Assembly (NCBI GenBank): GCA_964187785.1
Contig: OZ076409.1
Span: 11,844,001 to 11,908,000 of the forward strand
Direction of reading: 5' to 3'
Source: Amphiscolops sp. MND2022
Taxonomy: Eukaryota
DNA: 64,000 bases
The position numbers and the translations under genes were made by a program. Below are positions 21,674 to 36,140 of the stretch, piece by piece. Position 1 is the first letter of the stretch. Each line of letters begins with the position of its first letter. A model generated the notes under the pieces. The model saw nothing but the letters and a program-made list of their open reading frames with translations. It was not told the origin of the DNA and did no database searches.

Positions 21674-24600
21674 AATCGCCGCGCCTACGATTTGGGGAAA
21701 AAGTCGATGCGAGGGCGTACACGATAGAGGACCCCCCAAAAAGGTATGAGGAAGATTTTTTTACTGAATGTAATGAAGAACCAACTCAAGACTGGCAACG
21801 CCGTTGGAGCGTAGGCATGATACTCAGGCATAACGCCAGACACCCAGAAGATCCAACACCACTACTCCAGTGGATAACGAAGTCGCCCAATAACTATGCG
21901 ACACTCAAAAGATCGTTGCCGGAATCAAAAACAGAACGAATTTAAATATATGACAGAGACTATAGATGTGACCCCTGGGATGAACCAACTATCTATGATA
22001 CAAATAAACTACTTTTCAAAATCCAAGTCTCAAACCCTCAAGCTCAATCTACGGGAATCACAAACTTACCATCACCACCGTCACCGATCCTGAAAAAAAC
22101 AACACCATCCCCAACAGTACCCGTCACCATCACGTCCACACCGATAGACGCAGAAAACATCATCTGCATTGAAGATAAAACCATATGGGCACATCAAGAA
22201 AGAAGAAAACGAGAGAATGCTGACCCTCCAGTAACATCTCCAACAACCGCACCCGTCACAGCACTGACGAACGACGACATAGAAATCACGGAATGTCTCT
22301 TAAAACTGCCTGAAGATCTAGATGCCATCAAAGAATTCATCCAACATGACAAAGATGACGACTACATTCCGTTAATGTCCGATATCGCCCTCGAGAAGAA
22401 AAAACGAATGCTTTTTCTACCAGTCGAATTCAACACAGTCAAAATCGACGCCCTAGTCGACTCAGGAGCGTACATTAACGCTATTAGTGAAAGGGACGCT
22501 GAAAAACTCCGAAAGCACGCTAGTCAATGCATCGTCAATAAAGCACCCCCACCCCCTTTCAAAGTGCAGTACGCCAATGCTGAATTAGAACAACCACTCG
22601 CCACGTACACCCTACGATTCAAAATAGGGGACTACACCTTCGAAGAAACATTCATCATCATGAATCAAACGTCATTTCCCATAATCGGAATAGCGTTCCT
22701 ACGTAAACACGCCGCAATTCTCGACACGGCACAAGGAACCATTGACTTCCCTAAGATCCAAATCACGATGGCACTCACAGATGAAAGACAAAAGTGCAAT
22801 CCCAAACCCATCACAATAAAGACTGAAGCCAAACACACAATTCCAGCGCACTCTACCCGGATCATCTACGCAACAATCCCTGTGAGTATCGAACACTCAA
22901 TAACTGGCACAATACAACCCTTACCACAGTTTGACGAATGCGCGAAACTAATAGTAGCCCCAGCAATTACCACAGCCAGAGATAAAAAGGTACCATTTAA
23001 AATCGCCAACACCACGGATTTCCCATACACAATAGCTACTGACACCAAAATAGCCGAAATACAAATCCTGAAACCCGAAGAAACGAAGATGATCCGTCCA
23101 GTCGACATAGCCGCCCTGAATCTTCTCACCGAACATGACGATGTGGTTACGTACATTAATGCACTAATGCAAGTAGAGCGGCCCGACGAGAATGAAGAGA
23201 AATTCTGGTTCCCAACTCCAGAACACCCAGGCAACGAACAAGAACATTCGCCCATACAAATGCGAATCTTGAAAGAACTGCGAGACCTTGCCGAACCAGA
23301 AAAACTTGATCCAACCGAAAATGAAGAGTCTCGAAACAAATTCCTATCCATGTTCAAATGGACAGATTCACTGATCGCGGGCAAAGACCGTGAAAACCTT
23401 GAAGACAACATTGTCGAATTCAACGACATCTTCGCTCGACACCGGCTAGACATCGGGATGAACACACAATTCAAAGTCAGCCTAACACAACAAGACGACA
23501 AACCAGTCTACACACAAAGCCTACCAGTTCCCATCAACCTCAAAGAAGATCTAACTGTGGAACTGGCCCTCATGCATCGATACAGTATCATTACGACACT
23601 CCTCTTCTCCAAGTACGCCAGTCCCATATTTGCACAACGGAAGCCCAACGGCAAGCTGAGACTGCTGGTGGATCTGCGCAAAATCAACGCACTCATAGCA
23701 GATGACTACATCAACAACAACCACCCTGTCAGCACCCTCTCAGATGCGGCACAACACCTAGCAGGGAAAAAAACTATTTTGTAAGCTTGACTGCTCCCAG
23801 GCGTACCACTGCCTTCAAATGGCAGAACAAAGGTCAGTGGAATTACTTGCTTTCAGTTTTGTTATTAGAATGTTCGCCTACCGTCGCCTGGCACAAGGAC
23901 TAAGCAGAGCTCTATCAGCCTTTTCGAGCTTTATGCGTGAGTATCTGGATTCAGTCATCAACGCAGACCAATGTGCACAATATTTAGATGACATTGGCAT
24001 CGCCGCAAACACAACGGAACAACTCATAAAGAACATCAGAGCAGTTTTCAAGTGTATTAGACAAGCAGGATTAAAACTAACCATCGAAAAATGTCACTTT
24101 GGAGTAACCCAAATTGAATTTCTTGGCCGAACCATCACCCCTGACGGAGTAGCTCCGCAAGATCAAAAAGTCAAAAATATCATCTCCAAAGTCCGCTTCC
24201 CCAAATCCAAAAAACAGGTTCAAAAATACATTGGCTTTGTCAACTATTACCGCAATTACATACCGCGCTTGTCAGAAAAACTCATTGGAATGTATGAACT
24301 TCTCAAAGCAGACTCCAAAATCAGAATCTCAGGGGAACTTGTAGATAACTTTGAAGAAATTAACTCCAGTTTAGCGGAAGCGTGTGGACTCGCACTCAGA
24401 CAGCCCATAGCAGGAAAACAGTGCGTTCTAATGACGGATGTAAGCTTTCGTGCATCAGGCTACGCCCTCATGATCGAAGTGAACGATGAACGCAAAATAC
24501 TCTCCAAACGGAAAACTTTCGCACCAGTAGCGTTCGGATCACGAGTTTTCTCACCTGCACAACTGAACATTAGAGTGCATAGGCGAGCTTAATTTGCGCA

Positions 24601-25550
24601 AAGCGCAACTTTGTGCTTTCAATACCTCGGATTCCACGACCATACCTTTAACCGTGCAAATTTGGCAAATTACGTCATATGTCCCGGATTCCACAGACAA
24701 GCATGCCACGGACAAGCAACTGAGTTTTCGTGTCCCGGATTCCACGACAAGCAGCAAAATAGCTTGCCTATGCACTGTATTGAAAATGTCCATCTACTGC
24801 AAGGAATTCTTAGCAATCTACCATGCCTTCCTTGAATACAGCCAAATACTATGGGAAACAACAATTCCAACGCTGGTCTTGACAGACAACCGCTCAGTAA
24901 CCAGATTCTTCCAGACGAAAACAACACCTCCTGCACTATGGAATGCCTGTGACTATGTACTACAATTTAAGTTCGAATCATGCACGTAGCTGGCTCCCAA
25001 AACACGGGAGCCGATTTTCTCTCAAGACTTGAACTCACACCGAAAGAAAAGGTACAACTTAAACTACGAGACGACATCCTAACGTCCCCAATTGAGGTTA
25101 ATCTACAATCATCAGATGTAGCTGACGAAGAACAACTTTTCTTCCTACCAGACGAAGAAGATGAATCTGAATAAGAAATCTTTGCCCGAAAAGCACTCAG
25201 CAAGCGACGTGCCATAGACGAACATGAGAGAGAACTATCAACAAAAGTAACCGAAGTCATCAAGATACCACTCAACTCCGCAGTCTACTCCTTCGGTGAA
25301 ATTAGGGAAAATGCACGGATCAGAAACGAACAAGATGCAGACCTTCTCCTCAAAGCACTGAAACAACAGATCTCACACAACGAATATGACAATTACCGTC
25401 TCAAAACTGAACCACGAGGACGAAACCTATTACGCCACGAAGAAAGAATCATAATGAAAGACGGAGTTCTGATGCGAAAGTACTACGGAGAAGACGGATC
25501 AGTTACATATAACCAAATCATAATTCCAAAACACATAGTTCCAGAACCTT
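21670..25550 (+). pseudogene. pol: pol of element 2 (disrupted and truncated)
   Basis: ORF fragments 22375-23784, 23819-24592, 24594-24989 and 24980-25174 are collinear with element 1 Pol. Confidence 0.9.
24571..24779. mobile_element. 209-bp hAT-type MITE inserted in RNase H of element 2
   Basis: TIRs TAGAGTGCATAGGCGAGCT / AGCTTGCCTATGCACTGTA; degenerate 8-bp TSD CTGAACAT / TTGAAAAT; three internal CGGATTCCAC motifs. Removal restores PAQLKMSIY. Confidence 0.85.
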
Positions 25551-27192
25551 GAATACCTTCACTCTTCCTCTAAACATCATATCCCTTCATGTGTCAACTG
25601 CTTATCCTGACTCCAAAACAGCATACACAGTCGTCAACCAGATGCTTGCTTTTTCTTTGTCTGTGCCGCCCAGCAATCCACCTTCCAATTCTATTTTGCT
25701 GCCCATCTCATTATTTCCCTAAAATGGAATATCATCATCTGACACTGACTCCATGCTAGCTCTTCTTCCATGAGAAGCTATCGCCACTAACTCCAGATTG
25801 CATCGATGCCCCGCCGTCAAAGAATTGACTACACATCTTCAAACTCGCAGGCCTTTAAGCCGTCTCCCGAAACGCTCACAGCTGCCCCCAGGTGGAGCAA
25901 GCTCTACAACTAAAAGAATTGTCCACTCCGTCAAAAATGAGCAAAAACTTGAAAACTCTAACAACTCTCAAGCAATACGATTAGTTATTTAGACGAACTG
26001 ATTTCAAAACAAGTCACTGAACCGAATAAATATGCAACTAATTTGAATCAGATAGCTAATCATTCAATCTCTTCTCCTCCCTCACCCTTAGCCGCATTCA
26101 AATCTCTGTATCATACGAAACCATAGTTTCAGTCACTCTCTACTAAAATACCTTCCATAATTATAAAAATTTCCGACAATGATACCCTTATTTTCCTAAT
26201 CAGTGCTTAAATACTCATTCTCATCTTTGACAAACTAATGCCTCATTACCTAACCGCCGCGTTACTCCCATTTGAAATTGAAGCTATTACACCCCGACCC
26301 ACCAATTTCTTCAAATGATCTAAATACTCTTGTTTCTTCTTTGCAAGAAGTCAATTATTCCAAATTTCATGTTTCGTTTTCAATATATATGTGAACTTGA
26401 TCAACAAACAACTCTTTTAATATCATGCTGCCCTTCTTTTTTCGTCTCTCACCTCGTCATTTTCACTCCCGTTGTTTTGCACTTTGCACGCCAAATGCTT
26501 TTTTCGGTTGTTCAAGTTTTTATTTATTGTCATTTTTTTTTCAAAAAACTGTAAGAATTTCTCCAAAAATAAGATTCCGTTGCTATTTCACTGTGCTATA
26601 AGTTCGGTTCAATGCAAGGTACTTCACATTTTATTGTTTTACACACTCTCTCCTAATCGTCTCTTACATATTTTTGTGGCCTTTCCACTTCTTTTGAGAA
26701 TTTCATCTACAAAAGACCTTTTTTTAACACACACTCCCTTTTTTCATCCCAATTCTAAAAAGTTTTGAAATTTACTCCTCAACTACTTCTGTTCTATCAA
26801 AGCCGTTTTTAATTTTTTAACTCTCCTAGTTAGATTGGTTGTCCATCTACCTTTTAGAATGATTTTCACTCAAATGACTCTTCTGAACAGCTTCTGAACA
26901 CTGATACGTCAATCAATGAAGTCAAATCCACTTGCCTAGAACTTTTTCACTTTGATTGCAACGTCAACATGCCACTGAAGCTCACAAAAGTCAATTCTCT
27001 TTTAGTTTATGAAAAATGACGTCATAGTTGAACGCTTAAGTTGACATGAAAACTAAGAATCTTCCTCCATCCCTTGCTTCATGTTCGTCAACACTGCTGC
27101 GTAATGTTTTTTAATCAGCGCATTTTAGAAGAAAATGAGCCCGACTATCACAGTGACTAGTTTTTTTTTTCATAAGATAACAGAATGTATGC

Positions 27193-27392
27193 NNNNNNNN
27201 NNNNNNNNNNNNNNNNNNNNNNNNNNNNNNNNNNNNNNNNNNNNNNNNNNNNNNNNNNNNNNNNNNNNNNNNNNNNNNNNNNNNNNNNNNNNNNNNNNNN
27301 NNNNNNNNNNNNNNNNNNNNNNNNNNNNNNNNNNNNNNNNNNNNNNNNNNNNNNNNNNNNNNNNNNNNNNNNNNNNNNNNNNNNNNNNNNNN
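27193..27392. other. Assembly gap (200 N)
   Basis: Run of N. Confidence 1.
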
Positions 27393-30300
27393 GGGGATGA
27401 TGCTTCAGTTAGCACTGGACCTGTATTATTGCGATACCACGTGTTGTAATCTAATATGTCACGGTTAAAACAGTTCTTTGTGCCAAGACTTTAACTCAGT
27501 ATTCATCGACGTATCTATTTCTAAGCTTCGTATCAAATCATAATGATGGTATCAATACAACAACATAAAGTGTCAGTAATTAGAGTTTTATTGGTAAACA
27601 AGACCAAGTCTCCCTGTCTAAGTCCGTATGTTACGGTATGAACTGAATCTACGGTAGAGGTTACGATGGCAGCGGGCGTCTTGTTCAATTTTTAGATGTT
27701 TTTGTGGATATGGAGGGTCAGAGAGTTTTAAAAACCTTCGGTAACCTTCTTTCCACCGTTCGTTTTTCTTGGGGGAATAGTAAGTTTTTAAATCCAAAAT
27801 GACGTATATATGAACAGAAACTATCAGTTTTTAGTAGGCGCTTTTCTAGTGAATAGTGCCCGACTCTTACAGTGGCGAGCTTTTTTTTCGCCAGACTACA
27901 ATCTCACTCTGATTGGTCCACTTTGGAGCCCTGATTGTGTCTTCTTTCCAACGCGCTAAAAATCGTTTGTCGGACTTCAATAGTTTAGGAGGTATTGAAG
28001 TTTAAAGTTCTATCACCAGATTTTTGGATGGATCCGGAAATTTTCTCGTCAGTTTGGGGATAATTGGAAACTTCATTCTAAAAGATCTTTTTTCAAACGA
28101 AATTCATTGTTTTAGGTCTGCGTCATTTTTATCATCACGAGATTTTTTGAAATAGCACCATGCCCAAACCAGAGGGATTTGACAAATTTTATGCAAACGA
28201 TTGAGGTTCTTAAAAAAGAACTATCATAGAAATATCTTCCTAGCATAGGTATTTTTGAGATATTTTCTTGGTCCATATAAATCAAAATGTCCAATTTTGT
28301 CACTATTTTCCATTATTTGCTGCTCGGGAATAGACTTTCGTTGAATCCAAAGTTCATGATTCAAAAATTGCTGAAAAACGCAAAAATACAATTTTTGACA
28401 GTTGTTTGTAACTTTTATTATTTTCCGCCCACATATAATGGGAAAGAAAATCATAATCTGTGTTGCGTTTTTTTCCAACTTCTGCCAACTTTCCATCGAC
28501 TTCTTTTGACTGTTTGTTACTTGACTATTTTTGTTACTAATGCTCACTTGGTGAAGGCGTGGAAAATATCCCGCTGCTTAGGGGGCGTCTTGTTCAATTT
28601 TTAGATATTTTTGTGGATAAGAAGGTTGAGAGTTTAAAAAACCTTCGGTAACTTTCTTTCCCCCGTTCTTTTTTCTTGAGAGAATAGTAAGTTTTTAAAT
28701 CCAAAATGACGTGCATATGAACAGAAACTAAGAGTTTTTGTACCTTGGGGATGATGCTTCAGTTAGCACTGGACCTGTATTATTGCGATACCACGTGTTG
28801 TAATCTAATATGTCACGGTTAAAACAGTTCTTTGTGCCAAGACTTTAACTCAGTATTCATCGACGTATCTATTTCTAAGCTTCGTATCAAATCATAATGA
28901 TGGTATCAATACAACAACATAAAGTGTCAGTAATTAGAGTTTTATTGGTAAACAAGACCAAGTCTCCCTGTCTAAGTCCGTATGTTACGGTATGAACTGA
29001 ATCTACGGTAGAGGTTACGATGGCAGCGGGCGTCTTGTTCAATTTTTAGATGTTTTTGTGGATATGGAGGGTCAGAGAGTTTTAAAAACCTTCGGTAACC
29101 TTCTTTCCACCGTTCGTTTTTCTTGGGGGAATAGTAAGTTTTTAAATCCAAAATGACGTATATATGAACAGAAACTATCAGTTTTTAGTAGGCGCTTTTC
29201 TAGTGAATAGTGCCCGACTCTTACAGTGGCGAGCTTTTTTTTCGCCAGACTACAATCTCACTCTGATTGGTCCACTTTGGAGCCCTGATTGTGTCTTCTT
29301 TCCAACGCGCTAAAAATCGTTTGTCAGACTTCAATAGTTTAGGAGGTATTGAAGTTTAAAGTTCTATCACCAGATTTTTGGATGGATCCGGAAATTTTCT
29401 CGTCAGTTTGAGGATAATTGGAAACTTCATTCTAAAAGATCTTTTTTCAAACGAAATTCATTGTTTTAGGTTTGCGTCATTTTTATCATCACGAGATTTT
29501 TTGAAATAGCACCATGCCCAAACCAGAGGGATTTGACAAATTTTATGCAAACGATTGAAGTTCTTAAAAAAGAACTATCATAGAAATATCTTCCTAGCAT
29601 AGGTATTTTTGAGATATTTTCTTGGTCCATATAAATCAAAATGTCCAATTTTGTCACTATTTTCCATTATTTGCTGCTCGGGAATAGACTTTCGTTGAAT
29701 CCAAAGTTCATGATTCAAAAATTGCTGGAAAACGCAAAAATACAATTTTTGACAGTTGTTTGTAACTTTTATCATTTTCCGCCCACATATAATGGGAAAG
29801 AAAATCATAATCTGTGTTGCGTTTTTTTTTCCAAATTCTGCCAATTTTCCATCCACTTCTTTTGACTGTTTGTTACTTGACTATTTTTGTTACTAAGGCT
29901 CACTTGGTGAAGGCGTGGAAAATATCCCGCTGCTTAGGGGGCGTCTTGTTCAATTTTTAGATATTTTTGTGGATATGGAGGTTGAGAGTTTAAAAAACCT
30001 TCGGTAACTTTCTTTCCCCCGTTCTTTTTTATTGAGAGAATAGTAAGTTTTTAAATCCAAAATGACGTGCATATGAACAGAAACTAAGAGTTTTTGTACC
30101 TTGGGGATGATGCTTCAGTTAGCACTGGACCTGTATTATTGCGATACCACGTGTTGTAATCTAATATGTCACGGTTAAAACAGTTCTTTGTGCCAAGACT
30201 TTAACTCAGTATTCATTGACGTATCTATTTCTAAGCTTCGTATCAAATCATAATGATGGTATCAATACAACAACATAAAGTGTCAGTAATTAGAGTTTTA

Positions 30301-33300
30301 TTGGTAAACAAGACCAAGTCTCCCTGTCTAAGTCCGTATGTTACGGTATGAACTGAATCTACGGTAGAGGTTACGATGGCAGCGGGCGTCTTGTTCAATT
30401 TTTAGATGTTTTTGTGGATATGGAGGGTCAGAGAGTTTTAAAAACCTTCGGTAACCTTCTTTCCACCGTTCCTTTTTCTTGAGGGAATAGTAAGTTTTTA
30501 AATCCAAAATGACGTACATATGAACAGAAACTATGAGTTTTTAGAAGGCGCTTTTCTAGTGAATAGTGCCCGACTCTTACAGTGGCGAGCTTTTTTTTCG
30601 CCAGACTACAATCTCACTCTGATTGGTCCACTTTGGAGCCCTAATTGTGTCTTCTTTCCAACGCGCTAAAAATCGTTTGTCAGACTTGAATAGTTTAGGA
30701 GGTTTTGAAGTTTAAAGTTCTATCACCAGATTTTTGGATGGATCCGGAAATTTTCTCGTCAGTTTGGGGATAATTGGAAACTTCATTCTAAAAGATCTTT
30801 TTTCAAACGAAATTCATTGTTTTAGGTTTGCGTCATTTTTATCATCACGAGATTTTTTGAAATAGCACCATGCCCAAACCAGAGGGATTTGACAAATTTT
30901 ATGCAAACGATTGAAGTTCTTAAAAAAGAACTATCATAGAAATATCTTCCTAGCATAGGTATTTTTGAGATATTTTCTTGGTCCATATAAATCAAAATGT
31001 CCAATTTTGTCACTATTTTCCATTATTTGCTGCTCGGGAATAGACTTTCGTTGAATCCAAAGTTCATGATTCAAAAATTGCTGGAAAACGCAAAAATACA
31101 ATTTTTGACAGTTGTTTGTAACTTTTATTATTTTCCGCCCACATATAATGGGAAAAAAATCATAATCTGTGTTGCGTTTTTTTTCCAAATTCTGCCAATT
31201 TTCCATCCACTTCTTTTGACTGTTTGTTACTTGACTATTTTTGTTACTAAGGCTCACTTGGTGAAGGCGTGGAAAATATCCCGCTGCTTGGGGGGCGTCT
31301 TGTTCAATTTTTAGATATTTTTGTGGACATGGAGGTTGGTAGTTTAAAAAACCTTCGGTAACTTTCTTTCCCCCGTTCTTTTTTATTGAGAGAATAGTAA
31401 GTTTTTAAATCCAAAATGACGTGCATATGAACAGAAACTAAGAGTTTTTGTACCTTGGGGATGATGCTTCAGTTAGCACTGGACCTGTATTATTGCGATA
31501 CCACGTGTTGTAATCTAATATGTCACGGTTAAAACAGTTCTTTGTGCCAAGACTTTAACTCAGTATTCATTGACGTATCTATTTCTAAGCTTCGTATCAA
31601 ATCATAATGATGGTATCAATACAACAACATAAAGTGTCAGTAATTAGAGTTTTATTGGTAAACAAGACCAAGTCTCCCTGTCTAAGTCCGTATGTTACGG
31701 TATGAACTGAATCTACGGTAGAGGTTACGATGACAGCGGGCGTCTTGTTCAATTTTTAGATGTTTTTGTGGATATGGAGGGTCAGAGAGTTTTAAAAACC
31801 TTCGGTAACCTTCTTTCCACCGTTCCTTTTTCTTGAGGGAATAGTAAGTTTTTAAATCCAAAATGACGTACATATGAACAGAAACTATGAGTTTTTAGAA
31901 GGCGCTTTTCTAGTGAATAGTGCCCGACTCTTACAGTGGCGAGCTTTTTTTTCGCCAGACTACAATCTCACTCTGATTGGTCCACTTTGGAGCCCTGATT
32001 GTGTCTTCTTTCCAACGCGCTAAAAATCGTTTGTCAGACTTGAATAGTTTAGGAGGTTTTGAAGTTTAAAGTTCTATCACCAGATTTTTGGATGGATCCG
32101 GAAATTTTCTCGTCAGTTTGGGGATAATTGGAAACTTCATTCTAAAAGATCTTTTTTCAAACGAAATTCATTGTTTTAGGTTTGCGTCATTTTTATCATC
32201 ACGAGATTTTTTGAAATAGCACCATGCCCAAACCAGAGGGATTTGACAAATTTTATGCAAACGATTGAAGTTCTTAAAAAAGAACTATCATAGAAATATC
32301 TTCCTAGCATAGGTATTTTTGAGATATTTTCTTGGTCCATATAAACCAAAATGTCCAATTTTGTCACTATTTTCCATTATTTGCTGCTCGGGAATAGACT
32401 TTCGTTGAATCCAAAGTTCATGATTCAAAAATTGCTGGAAAACGCAAAAATACAATTTTTGACAGTTGTTTGTAACTTTCATTATTTTCCGCCCACATAT
32501 AATGGGAAAGAAAATCATAATCTGTGTTGCGTTTTTTTTCAAACTCTGCCAATTTTCCATCCACTTCTTTTGACTGTTTGTTACTTGACTATTTTAGTTA
32601 CTAAGGCTCACTTGGTGAAGGCGTGGAAAATATCCCGCTGCTTAGGGGGCGTCTTGTTCAATTTTTAGATATTTTTGTGGACATGGAGGTTGGTAGTTTA
32701 AAAAACCTTCGGTAACTTTCTTTCCCCCGTTCTTTTTTATTGAGAGAATAGTAAGTTTTTAAATCCAAAATGACGTGCATATGAACAGAAACTAAGAGTT
32801 TTTGTACCTTGGGGATGATGCTTCAGTTAGCACTGGACCTGTATTATTGCGATACCACGTGTTGTAATCTAATATCTCACGGTTAAAACAGTTCTTTGTG
32901 CCAAGACTTTAACTCAGTATTCATCGACGTATCTATTTCTAAGCTTCGTATCAAATCATAATGATGGTATCAATACAACAACATAAAGTGTCAGTAATTA
33001 GAGTTTTATTGGTAAACAAGACCAAGTCTCTCTGTCTAAGTCCGTATGTTACGGTATGAACTGAATCTACGGTAGAGGTTACGACGGCAGCGGGCGTTTT
33101 GTTCAATTTTTAGATGTTTTTGTGGATATGGAGGTTCAGAGAGTTTGAAAAACCTACTGTAACCTTCTTTCCACCGTTCCTTTTTCTTGAGGGAATAGTA
33201 AGTTTTTAAATCCAAAATGACGTACATATGAACAGAAACTATGAGTTTTTAGAAGGCGCTTTTCTAGTGAATAGTGCCCGACTCTTACAGTGGCGAGCTT

Positions 33301-35340
33301 TTTTTTTCTCCAGACTACAATCTCACTCTGATTGGTCCACTTTGGAGCCCTGATTGTGTCTTCTTTCCAACGCGCTAAAAATCGTTTGTCAGACTTGAAT
33401 AATTTAGGAGGTTTTGAAGTTTAAAGTTCTATCACCAGATTTTTGGATGGATCCGGAAATTTTCTCGTCAGTTTGGGGATAATTGGAAACTTCATTCTAA
33501 AAGATCTATTTTTGAACGAAATTCATTGTTTTAGGTCTGGGTAATTTTTATCATCACGAGATTTTTTGTAATAGCACCATGCCCAAACCAGAGGGATTTA
33601 ACAAATTTTATGCAAACGATTGAGGTTCCTAAAAAAGAAATATCATAGAAATATCTTCCTAGCATAGGTATTTTTGAGATGTTTTCTTGGTCCATATAAA
33701 TCAAAATGTCCAATTTTGTCACTATTTTCCATTATTTGCTGCTCGGGAATAGACTTTCGTTGAATCCAAAGTTCATGATTCAAAAATTGCTGGAAAACGC
33801 AAAAATACAATTTTTGACAGTTGTTTGTAACTTTCATTATTTTCCGCCCACATATAATGGGAAAGAAAATCATAATCTGTGTTGCGTTTTTTTTTCAAAC
33901 TCTGCCAATTTTCCATCCACTTCTTTTGACTGTTTGTTACTTGACTATTTTAGTTACTAAGGCTCACTTGGTGAAGGCGTGGAAAATATCCCGCTGCTTA
34001 GGGGGCGTCTTGTTCAATTTTTAGATATTTTTGTGGACATGGAGGTTGGTAGTTTAAAAAACCTTCGGTAACTTTCTTTCCCCCGTTCTTTTTTATTGAG
34101 AGAATAGTAAGTTTTTAAATCCAAAATGACGTGCATATGAACAGAAACTAAGAGTTTTTGTACCTTGGGGATGATGCTTCAGTTAGCACTGGACCTGTAT
34201 TATTGCGATACCACGTGTTGTAATCTAATATCTCACGGTTAAAACAGTTCTTTGTGCCAAGACTTTAACTCAGTATTCATCGACGTATCTATTTCTAAGC
34301 TTCGTATCAAATCATAATGATGGTATCAATACAACAACATAAAGTGTCAGTAATTAGAGTTTTATTGGTAAACAAGACCAAGTCTCTCTGTCTAAGTCCG
34401 TATGTTACGGTATGAACTGAATCTACGGTAGAGGTTACGACGGCAGCGGGCGTTTTGTTCAATTTTTAGATGTTTTTGTGGATATGGAGGTTCAGAGAGT
34501 TTGAAAAACCTACTGTAACCTTCTTTCCACCGTTCCTTTTTCTTGAGGGAATAGTAAGTTTTTAAATCCAAAATGACGTACATATGAACAGAAACTATGA
34601 GTTTTTAGAAGGCGCTTTTCTAGTGAATAGTGCCCGACTCTTACAGTGGCGAGCTTTTTTTTTCTCCAGACTACAATCTCACTCTGATTGGTCCACTTTG
34701 GAGCCCTGATTGTGTCTTCTTTCCAACGCGCTAAAAATCGTTTGTCAGACTTGAATAATTTAGGAGGTTTTGAAGTTTAAAGTTCTATCACCAGATTTTT
34801 GGATGGATCCGGAAATTTTCTCGTCAGTTTGGGGATAATTGGAAACTTCATTCTAAAAGATCTATTTTTGAACGAAATTCATTGTTTTAGGTCTGGGTAA
34901 TTTTTATCATCACGAGATTTTTTGTAATAGCACCATGCCCAAACCAGAGGGATTTAACAAATTTTATGCAAACGATTGAGGTTCCTAAAAAAGAAATATC
35001 ATAGAAATATCTTCCTAGCATAGGTATTTTTGAGATGTTTTCTTGGTCCATATAAATCAAAATGTCCAATTTTGTCACTATTTTCCATTAATTTGCTGCT
35101 CGGGGTTAAACTTTCGTTGAATCCAAAGTTCATGATTCAAAATTTTTAGATATTTTTGTGGATAAGGAGGTTGAGAGTTGAAAAAACCGTCGGTAACCTT
35201 CTTTCCACCGTTCTTTTTTCTTGAGAGAATAGTGAAATTTTAAATCCAAAATGACGTGCATATGAACAGAAACTAAGAATTTTTGTACCTTGGGGATGAT
35301 GTTTCAGTTAGCACTGGACCTGTATTATTGCGATACCACG
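27393..35340. repeat. Tandem array of a ~1355-bp unit, about six copies, each with an internal ~160-bp duplicated sub-repeat
   Basis: Unit start GGGGATGATG at 27393, 28747, 30103, 31457, 32811, 34167 and 35292 (periods 1354-1356; the last unit is internally deleted). Confidence 0.97.
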
Positions 35341-35639
35341 TTCGAATGTTGCCAGTTCACGAGTGATCAATTCTTGGGCATGGCGAGATTAACAAGGAGG
35401 GATTGTCTCGAAGTGGTGCTCCCCCAAATCTCAAAACGCAGGTTTTAAAACACTCCCAGGGCTTATTATTTTCCGCACATATTTCATATGGGAAAGGAAA
35501 ATATTTAAATCAAATGGTTTTTTTACAAAATTTGTCAAGCACGAAATTTATATTCACCTTAAAGGGCGTTTCCCATAGGTTTCAGCTCACGTAAATTCAG
35601 CTTCGTGCGATTTGTATTTGTAGAGATTTTTGGACTATT

Positions 35640-36140
35640 TTGGGAATGACGCAAATGACCCCGGAAATGACAAAAATTCCCAATTTTCAACGTTTTTATG
35701 CAATTTTTGTCCTTTTTTCGATAAACATCGTGGATTAGAATTTTAAAAACGTTCAGCAAGGCACAAATTTGTTGTCCAATAGTATTTTATGAAGATATAA
35801 ATGAAGTGTTTTAAAAGAAAATTGACCCCAAAGATGACAAAAATTCCAATTTTTTTCGATTCTTAACGTTTTTATGCAATTTTTGTCAAATTGTCGATAG
35901 ACTTCGTAGATTAGAATGTTAAAAACGCACAACATGGCAGGAATTCGTTGTCCAGTAGGCTTTTCCGAAGAGATAATCGCTGTTTTCTAAATGAAAAATA
36001 TCAAATTGAAACCGAAAATGACAAAAAACCCAAAATTTTCCAATTTTCAAAGTTTTTATGCAATTTTTGTCAAATTTTCGACAGACTTCGTAGATTGGAA
36101 TGTCGGAAAGAGTCAACAAGGAACGAGTTTGTTGTCCAGT
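35640..36140. repeat. Degenerate ~170-185-bp tandem repeat, about three copies
   Basis: ATGACAAAAA...GTTTTTATGCAATTTTTGTC...CGT(A/G)GATT recurs at ~35668, ~35835 and ~36018. Confidence 0.7.

Larger units (their letters stand above)
18760..25550 (+). mobile_element. Degraded, 3'-truncated Ty3/Gypsy element of a related family (element 2)
   Basis: Putative LTR, PBS at 20674, gag with knuckles, LVDSGA protease, YLDD RT and RNase H. It breaks off at the start of the integrase and has many frameshifts and stops. Confidence 0.92.

Noticed and set aside
25551..27190. Continuation of element 2 or its accessory gene
   Set aside because: Strand-biased composition suggests decayed minus-strand coding DNA, but there is no sustained ORF or recognisable motif.
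27135..27449. ORFs spanning the N run
   Set aside because: Artefacts of the assembly gap.
27490..27660. GLRQGD and RYVDE on the minus strand of the array unit as a non-LTR RT relic
   Set aside because: The motifs are short, in different frames and surrounded by stops, so chance cannot be excluded.
27393..35340. Repeated 60-107 aa ORFs in the array, or a CRISPR-like structure
   Set aside because: The ORFs are AT-rich with frames broken by homopolymer indels between units. The units are whole-length repeats with no unique spacers.
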